From an uncultured Alphaproteobacteria bacterium (GTDB taxonomy: Bacteria; Pseudomonadota; Alphaproteobacteria; HIMB59): a DNA stretch of 64,000 bases. Within the stretch, counting starts at the first letter, position 1; every line of letters starts with the position of its first letter. The position numbers were made by a program, and so were the translations under genes. Location of the stretch: positions 6,659-70,658 of the forward strand of contig CABYRQ010000002.1 of the NCBI GenBank assembly GCA_902521485.1, read 5' to 3'. Below the pieces are notes generated by a model that made no database searches, had not been told where the DNA came from, and was given only the letters and a program-made list of their open reading frames with translations. Shown in pieces: positions 57,938 to 64,000 of this stretch.

Positions 57938-58014
57938 TGGTCGGGGGTACTGGACTTGAACCAGCGACCTCACGCCCCCCAGACGCGCACTCTACCAGAC
58001 TGAGCTAACCCCCG
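57938..58014 (-). tRNA. tRNA-Pro(GGG)
   Basis: CGGGGGT/ACCCCCG acceptor stem, TAGCTCAGTCTGGTAGAG, loop CTGGGGG, GGTTCAAGTCC, encoded CCA. Confidence 0.96.
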
Positions 58015-58015
58015 A

Positions 58016-58324
58016 TTATCTTGACTTTTTTAATAGCCCCAATAAATCCTTCAAGTCTGAAAGGATATTATCATCAAGCAATTTCATTTTAAGCTTTGAT
58101 TTTGATAAATAATCATTGACCCCATCAAGTGTCAATTTTTGAACATCAAGTAAGTATTTAATTTTTTTTAGAAGAAGTAAGTTGTCATAATCATATAATC
58201 TATGGCCAGATTGAGTTCTAATAACTTTAAGTTTTTTTATTCTACTCTCCCAAAATCTGATTGTATGTTTCTTCTCTCCCACTAATTGAGATACATCATC
58301 AATATTGTAAAAATTTTTGTTCAT
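58016..58324 (-). CDS. MerR-family HTH regulator
   Basis: FYNIDDVS...HTIRFWE...GHRLY; the usual ihfA-merR-tRNA-Pro arrangement. Confidence 0.88.
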   Translation of the reverse strand: MNKNFYNIDDVSQLVGEKKHTIRFWESRIKKLKVIRTQSGHRLYDYDNLLLLKKIKYLLDVQKLTLDGVNDYLSKSKLKMKLLDDNILSDLKDLLGLLKKSR

Positions 58325-58596
58325 AAGACTAATTTATTTGATTTTTTAAAACTTATAACTTTTCTCGATTTTATTAAATATTCTTCTTTAGTTTTTGGAT
58401 TTCTACCTATTCTTTCATTTTTTTCTTTTATTTTAAACGAACCAATATTACTAATTGATAAATCAGAAATAATCATTTCATTACTCCAAATTTCAAGAAT
58501 TTTATCAATTTTTTTGTAAACTGTGGAGTATGCTATACCAAATTCAATAGATATTTGTTTAGCAATACTCTCTCTGGTTGCTTTATCTTGAGACAT
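58321..58596 (-). CDS. ihfA: Integration host factor alpha (divergent)
   Basis: ISNIGSF...ERIGRNPKTKEE...RKVISFK; start set at ATG 58596. Confidence 0.85.
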   Translation of the reverse strand: MSQDKATRESIAKQISIEFGIAYSTVYKKIDKILEIWSNEMIISDLSISNIGSFKIKEKNERIGRNPKTKEEYLIKSRKVISFKKSNKLVL

Positions 58597-59587
58597 TTTT
58601 CTTAATCTCATTTAATAAATCATTGTCAATACATTTTACACCAAACTCTATAGCATTTGCGAATGCATGTGAGTCAGCATTCCCGTGACTTTTAATTACA
58701 ATACCATTTACTCCTATAAACATTCCACCATTGTAATTTCTAGGATCAATTAAATTTTTAAAGTCTTTGAAATTTTTTTTTAATAGTAAAGATAGTATTT
58801 TTGAGTAAGAAGAGGAAGTTAGACTTTTTTTTAGCGAGTCAGTAATAAATTTAGATACCCCTTCAGCTGTTTTCAGTGCAATATTTCCAGAAAATCCATC
58901 TGTGACAATAACATGATTATTTGTTGAGGTAATCTCATCAGCTTCGACAAATCCTTGATAATTTATTCTTTTATCACTCTTCATCAATTCATGTGTCTCT
59001 TGAATCAAATTATTTCCTTTTAGCTCTTCTGATCCAATATTTAAAAGTGCCACTTTGGTATCAATTTTTGGATAGAGAACTTTGTAATATGTGCTGCCCA
59101 TAAGAGCAAAATCTAAAAGATTTTCTGAGTTACACTCAGCATTTGCGCCCAAATCTAAAAAACATACTGGATGTCTTTCAGATGGAAAAAGTGAGGCAAT
59201 TGCAGGTCTTGTAATATTTTCAATGGTTCTTAGATATACAGTTGAATAGGCCATCATTGCACCAGTATTACCTGCAGAAATAGTTATATGATTTTTGTTT
59301 TCTTTTAAATTTAAAATAGCATTTGACATAGAACTATTTCGATTGTCCTTTTTTAAAGCGTCGCTTGGTTTCATCTCTGAAGAGATAAAATTTTCAGACT
59401 GTATCCATTTAGAGTTAGCAAATAGCGTTGAAAATGATGGTTTAAATTTCTCATAAGTATGCTTGTCAGAATGTAAATTAAAGTTAATAGATGGATTTAT
59501 CTTTTGTGCTATTAGTGCCCCTTCTAAAACTGATTGTGGAGCAAAGTCTCCTCCGTGAAGATCAAGGTTAATTATATACTTACTCAT
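58583..59587 (-). CDS. plsX: Phosphate acyltransferase PlsX
   Basis: DLHGGDFAP, SAGNTGA, LDLGAN, LLNIGSEELKG, TDGFSGNIALK, IKSHG. Confidence 0.95.
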   Translation of the reverse strand: MSKYIINLDLHGGDFAPQSVLEGALIAQKINPSINFNLHSDKHTYEKFKPSFSTLFANSKWIQSENFISSEMKPSDALKKDNRNSSMSNAILNLKENKNHITISAGNTGAMMAYSTVYLRTIENITRPAIASLFPSERHPVCFLDLGANAECNSENLLDFALMGSTYYKVLYPKIDTKVALLNIGSEELKGNNLIQETHELMKSDKRINYQGFVEADEITSTNNHVIVTDGFSGNIALKTAEGVSKFITDSLKKSLTSSSYSKILSLLLKKNFKDFKNLIDPRNYNGGMFIGVNGIVIKSHGNADSHAFANAIEFGVKCIDNDLLNEIKKNVSR

Positions 59588-59636
59588 AAATGTTTATTAT
59601 TGCTTTAAAGAAACTTATACCTTATTTGTTTTTATT

Positions 59637-59969
59637 GTGAATATTTTAAAAATAACTTTTATTTTTATGGCCTTATTAAGCTCAATAATTTTATTATCTT
59701 GTTCTAAAGAGGTATATTTTTCTGGTATTTCAGAGAACAGTCTGAAAGAAATTAAAGAAAATTATCAAAAAAAAAACTACTCAAAAGATGATATAATTGC
59801 AATTATTGGACCTCCTTTGATAAAAGAAAACTCAGATAATTTGTGGATTTATAGAACGGATAAAAAAACAGGAATTGCTGCCTTCAAACAAACAATCTAC
59901 AACAAGACTTTAAAACTTAAATTCGAAGGTGATATTTTAAGTTCCGTTGAGGAAATTAATTTAAACTAA
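59637..59969 (+). CDS. bamE: Outer-membrane lipoprotein BamE (SmpA/OmlA)
   Basis: Lipobox [19 protein letters not shown]; divergent from plsX. Confidence 0.75.
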   Translation: MNILKITFIFMALLSSIILLSCSKEVYFSGISENSLKEIKENYQKKNYSKDDIIAIIGPPLIKENSDNLWIYRTDKKTGIAAFKQTIYNKTLKLKFEGDILSSVEEINLN

Positions 59970-62089
59970 ATAATATTTAAATGCACAACTATTGATAGCA
60001 ATAGGATAGATACTATATTTGTTATTTTAATCATCGGGTTAACAGCTGGACCAGCTGTATCCTTATAAGGATCACCTACAGTGTCTCCGGTAACAGAGGC
60101 TTTATGAGTTTCACTACCTTTTCCTCCTAAGTTACCATCTTCAATATATTTTTTTGCATTATCCCATGCACCACCGCCAGCAGTCATAGATATAGCTACA
60201 AAAAAACCAGTAATTATAACTCCTATTAAAAGTGCTCCAAGTGCTTGAAAAGCAGTATTGACACTACCTGTAAGTGAATAAACGCCAAAGAAAATTATAA
60301 CTGGAGAAAGTACTGGTAATAAAGATGGAATAATCATCTCTTTAATGGCAGCTTTTGTAAGAATATCAACACACTTGCCATAATCTGGTTTTTCTTTTCC
60401 GGACATTATACCTTTTTTTTCCTTAAATTGTTGTCTAACCTCTAAAACAACTGAACCAGCTGCTCTTCCAACTGCTGTCATGCTTAAAGCACTAAATAAG
60501 AAAGGTAGTAGCCCGCCTAATAGTAATCCAATTATCACGTAAGGTTCAGATAAATCAAAAGATACATTGAAAGCATTGTTTCCAGTATCTTGGTTAAAGA
60601 ATTTTAGGTCTTCAGTGTAGGCAGCAAATAAGACTAATGCACCCAATCCAGCTGATCCAATAGCGTACCCTTTAGTGACAGCTTTGGTGGTATTTCCAAC
60701 AGCATCTAGTGCATCTGTTCTTTCTCTAACTCTCTTATTCAAACCTGACATTTCAGCAATACCACCTGCATTATCTGTAACGGGTCCGTATGCATCTAAA
60801 GCAACTACCATTCCTGCAAGAGCCAACATTGAAGTAACTGCGATTGCGATACCAAAAAGTCCAGCAGTTGAAAAAGTTAAACCAATTCCTGCACATATGA
60901 TTAGCACTGGTAAAGCTGTGGATTCCATACCCATAGCAAGTCCTTGAATAATATTAGTAGCATGACCAGTTTGGGATGCTTCAGCAACACTTTTTACAGG
61001 CCTGTACTCAGTACTAGTGTAATATTCTGTAATAAAAACAAGTGCCAAAGTAATCAATAATCCATAAACTGCGCATAGAAATAAATCCATTCCATTATAC
61101 CATTTGCTACCTAACTGGAAAAATTTATCAAAGCCAATTGAGTACTGAGTGATAATTGCAAATAAAATTACTGAAATAAATAAAGTCATAAAAAAACCTT
61201 TGTATAATGCACCCATAATCGAGGACTTAGGAGTTGATATTGATACAAACTGAGAACCAATAATAGAAGCTAAAATACTAGAACCTGCAATTAATAAAGG
61301 GTAAATAGTTAGTTCGCTAACAGCTCCTTGAAAAATGATAGCTAGCACCATGGTTGCAACAATTGAAACAACATAAGTTTCGAATAAGTCTGCAGCCATA
61401 CCTGCGCAGTCACCCACATTATCTCCAACGTTATCTGCTATTACAGCTGGGTTTCTTGGATCGTCTTCTGGGATATTTTTTTCAACTTTTCCCACTAAAT
61501 CAGCTCCAACATCTGCTCCTTTGGTAAATATTCCACCACCCAATCTTGCAAATATTGAAATCAATGAGGATCCAAAACCAAGAGCAACTAGAGGTTCTAT
61601 GAGCTCTCTTCCAGTTCTTTCAAAACCATAAAATAAAATCATAAAATACCCTGCTATACCTGCAAGAGCTAATCCGACAACTAATAATCCAGTTACCGCT
61701 CCAGCGTTAAAAGCAACATAAAGTCCTTTTTTAAGAGACGAGCTTGCAGCTTGAGCAGTTATAACATTAGCTCTGACAGAAACATTCATTCCTATGTAAC
61801 CAGCAAGACCAGAGAGAACAGCACCAATCAAAAAACCAACTGGTACATCGTAGATATGTTTGAAAGGTATTAAAAAAAATGCGAAGAAAATAACAATTCC
61901 AACAATGGCTATAGTGGTATATTGACGGTTTAGGTAAGCTTTTGCTCCCTCTTGAATGGCACTAGAAATTGAGGTCATTTTTTTTGTGCCTTTTGGTAAA
62001 CTTAAAATCTTATTGGTTGTTAATAATCCGAAAGCAATTGCTGCTATTGCGGCAAATATTACTATTTGCAAGAACTGTATTTGAGACAT
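59966..62089 (-). CDS. hppA: Membrane pyrophosphatase (predicted K+-independent H+-PPase)
   Basis: [45 protein letters not shown]. Confidence 0.95.
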   Translation of the reverse strand: MSQIQFLQIVIFAAIAAIAFGLLTTNKILSLPKGTKKMTSISSAIQEGAKAYLNRQYTTIAIVGIVIFFAFFLIPFKHIYDVPVGFLIGAVLSGLAGYIGMNVSVRANVITAQAASSSLKKGLYVAFNAGAVTGLLVVGLALAGIAGYFMILFYGFERTGRELIEPLVALGFGSSLISIFARLGGGIFTKGADVGADLVGKVEKNIPEDDPRNPAVIADNVGDNVGDCAGMAADLFETYVVSIVATMVLAIIFQGAVSELTIYPLLIAGSSILASIIGSQFVSISTPKSSIMGALYKGFFMTLFISVILFAIITQYSIGFDKFFQLGSKWYNGMDLFLCAVYGLLITLALVFITEYYTSTEYRPVKSVAEASQTGHATNIIQGLAMGMESTALPVLIICAGIGLTFSTAGLFGIAIAVTSMLALAGMVVALDAYGPVTDNAGGIAEMSGLNKRVRERTDALDAVGNTTKAVTKGYAIGSAGLGALVLFAAYTEDLKFFNQDTGNNAFNVSFDLSEPYVIIGLLLGGLLPFLFSALSMTAVGRAAGSVVLEVRQQFKEKKGIMSGKEKPDYGKCVDILTKAAIKEMIIPSLLPVLSPVIIFFGVYSLTGSVNTAFQALGALLIGVIITGFFVAISMTAGGGAWDNAKKYIEDGNLGGKGSETHKASVTGDTVGDPYKDTAGPAVNPMIKITNIVSILLLSIVVHLNII

Positions 62090-62120
62090 GGTAAGTTGTT
62101 AATCTATTTTAATTTTATTT

Positions 62121-62507
62121 TCAAGGTGCTTTTTTAGAGGCATCATCTAACAAATAATTGAAGTATTTTACCTCTTCTTGAGTAAGAAAATCCTTGGAAA
62201 GCTTGATATATTCACTCATTAATATCTTTTTTTTCTTTTTATTTAAAAGATACTCAGAGCAAAAGGCGTAAAGAAGGAAAACTGTTATTTTGTTAGTTTT
62301 TTCAATAATCTTAGAATCTATTAGTCCTTTAATTTTTTCTAAATTAGAATTAAAGCTATCATTTAATGAAAGTAATTTTTTTTTGTTAAAAGGTCTTTTT
62401 TTTATGTTTTGTTTTATAAATTCATCTAACTCAAAGTCAGTTGAATAATTTCTTTGAAATATAAACTGAAAGAAAAATAATCTTGTATTTTTATTTAAAT
62501 TAAGCAT
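62121..62507 (-). CDS. nusB: Transcription antitermination factor NusB (highly divergent)
   Basis: R...FQFIFQ start and ILMSEYIKLSKDF...YFNYLLD end; follows ribH. Confidence 0.7.
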   Translation of the reverse strand: MLNLNKNTRLFFFQFIFQRNYSTDFELDEFIKQNIKKRPFNKKKLLSLNDSFNSNLEKIKGLIDSKIIEKTNKITVFLLYAFCSEYLLNKKKKKILMSEYIKLSKDFLTQEEVKYFNYLLDDASKKAP

Positions 62508-62911
62508 TCAATCATTTTAACCATAGCGTTAGCAGCTTCTATTCCTTTATTTTTTGTTTTAGATCTTTTTATTGCTTGAGACTTGTCATAGGCATTTATT
62601 ATACCATTGGATATGAGTGTGTTTTTATTTTGATTTACGATATCTAAAAGTGCCTTTCCAACAGAGTCAGATATAACTTCAAAATGATATGTTTCACCTT
62701 TAATAACACAACCCAGGGTAATAAATAAATTCTTATCATTTGGTTTAATATTCCATTTTATCATTTGAGGTATCTCATAAACACCAGGAACTGTTAAAAT
62801 TTCATATTTAAGTTTACTTTTTTCTAAAATCTCAATACATGCTTGTGTTAATGGATTAGTTATTTCTTTATAATAATCAGCAACTACTATTTTAATTTTT
62901 AATTTCTTCAT
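62495..62911 (-). CDS. ribH: Lumazine synthase
   Basis: VPGVYEIP, LGCVIKGETYHFE, NKGIEAA. Confidence 0.93.
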   Translation of the reverse strand: MKKLKIKIVVADYYKEITNPLTQACIEILEKSKLKYEILTVPGVYEIPQMIKWNIKPNDKNLFITLGCVIKGETYHFEVISDSVGKALLDIVNQNKNTLISNGIINAYDKSQAIKRSKTKNKGIEAANAMVKMIECLI

Positions 62912-63981
62912 AGACTCTCTATTTTATTTACACTTAATCCATAAATACCAAGATCTAGATCCTCTCCTAATGAATTAGATAATACAGAAATATTATTAAT
63001 AGAAAAATTTTTAAGTATTTGTGCTCCTAGACCATAATATTTGACCTTTTCATCATTTGATAACTTTCCTAGATCTCCTAATATGGGATTATTTATTAAA
63101 ACTATAATCCCAGATCCATGAAATTTTATTTTTTCAATTGAAGCATGTAAGTCTTTTGTTTTAGGATTATTAAAATTCATAATAATATCATCGAAACCCT
63201 GAACAGGATGAACTCTTGTCATTACGCTATCTTGTTTGGATAAATCTCCTAAGTGTAATGTTGCGTGATGTAATCCATCAATGGTGTTTTCAAAAACATT
63301 AAATTCAAAAATATCTGAATAAATATTTTTAATCCGGTGTTGCTTATCAGGAATTTTTTTTATAAGTAAATCGTTTTTAATTCTATATGCGATAAGGTCT
63401 TGAATTGTCCCAATATTTAAAGAGTGTTTTTTTGCATAGGGTATAAGGTCTGGAACCCTAGCCATAGTACCGTCATCATTCATAATTTCACAAATTACTG
63501 CAGAGTCATTTAATCCTGCCAGTTTTGATATATCAACAGCCGCCTCAGTATGCCCCGCTCTAGTTAAAACTCCACCATCCCAAGCAATTAATGGAAATAT
63601 GTGACCAGGACTTACAATATCACCTGATTTAAAATTTGGATTTATAGCAGCTTTTACTGTTTCTGCTCTATCAAATGCGGAAATACCTGTGGTTATATTA
63701 GTGCTCGACTCTATAGAGACAGTAAATGCAGTGGTCTTTTTTTTCCAGTTATCAGGATTCATCAATGGAAGCTTTAACTCTTTTGCTCTCGTCTCAGATA
63801 TAGATAAACAAATTAAACCTCTTCCATAGGTCGCCATAAAATTTACGTGTTCTGGCTTACATAGAGAAGCAGGTATTATTAAATCACCCTCATTTTCTCT
63901 ATCCTCGCTATCAACTAAAATATACATTTTACCATTACGAGCATCTCTAATTATATTTTCAATATTTGTAAAATCTGACAT
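62908..63981 (-). CDS. ribB: DHBP synthase fused to a degenerate GTP cyclohydrolase II-like domain
   Basis: DRENEGDL, GLICL, TTGISAFDRA, PGHIFPL, RAGHTEA, ICEIMNDDG; C-terminal RVH and YGLGAQIL. Confidence 0.92.
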   Translation of the reverse strand: MSDFTNIENIIRDARNGKMYILVDSEDRENEGDLIIPASLCKPEHVNFMATYGRGLICLSISETRAKELKLPLMNPDNWKKKTTAFTVSIESSTNITTGISAFDRAETVKAAINPNFKSGDIVSPGHIFPLIAWDGGVLTRAGHTEAAVDISKLAGLNDSAVICEIMNDDGTMARVPDLIPYAKKHSLNIGTIQDLIAYRIKNDLLIKKIPDKQHRIKNIYSDIFEFNVFENTIDGLHHATLHLGDLSKQDSVMTRVHPVQGFDDIIMNFNNPKTKDLHASIEKIKFHGSGIIVLINNPILGDLGKLSNDEKVKYYGLGAQILKNFSINNISVLSNSLGEDLDLGIYGLSVNKIESL

Positions 63982-64000
63982 TAATTTAATAACCTATGAT

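Noticed and set aside
4165-60947. The many 60-126 aa ORFs antisense or nested within larger genes (e.g. 8337-8717, 16940-17254, 44749-45075, 52378-52716, 60675-60947)
   Set aside because: Typical antisense shadow frames with no RBS or family motifs
1-64000. CRISPR arrays, prophage, integrase/transposase, defence systems, rRNA
   Set aside because: No repeat-spacer pattern or corresponding motifs seen; nearly all of the sequence is explained by metabolic and housekeeping genes

Overview
AT-rich, very compact chromosomal segment with many overlapping or abutting genes, from a streamlined marine-type alphaproteobacterium (SAR11/HIMB59-like; lineage inferred from gene content and composition only). 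1-11 kb: methylamine/TMAO oxidation cluster (soxBD/mgd-type, tmm, GcvT-type methyltransferase, tdm, tmoXWV). 11-23 kb: alr, acyl-CoA dehydrogenase, a minimal malonyl-CoA-decarboxylase-like protein, ETF/ETF-QO, a Nudix hydrolase, a choline-kinase-like + FAD/GcvT dehydrogenase pair and BHMT. 23-32 kb: djlA, cspA, a TPP-riboswitch-led thiV-thiM-thiE-thiD salvage operon, mmsA, ATPase zeta, gloA and small enzymes. 32-40 kb: ten-gene Mrp-type antiporter. 40-53 kb, the most interesting part: a putative oxalate/formyl-CoA system (TctCBA, GntR, non-canonical ThDP enzyme, Frc, an ALDH1L1-like formyltransferase, qor-sucCD, PanE2-like reductase, Sga-like aminotransferase) linked by a repeated perfect palindrome GTATA-ATG-TATAC and bordered by tRNA-Glu. 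53-64 kb: housekeeping genes and tRNA-Pro. No CRISPR, rRNA, integrase or transposase was seen. All functional calls come from motif recognition by eye; no database search was run.
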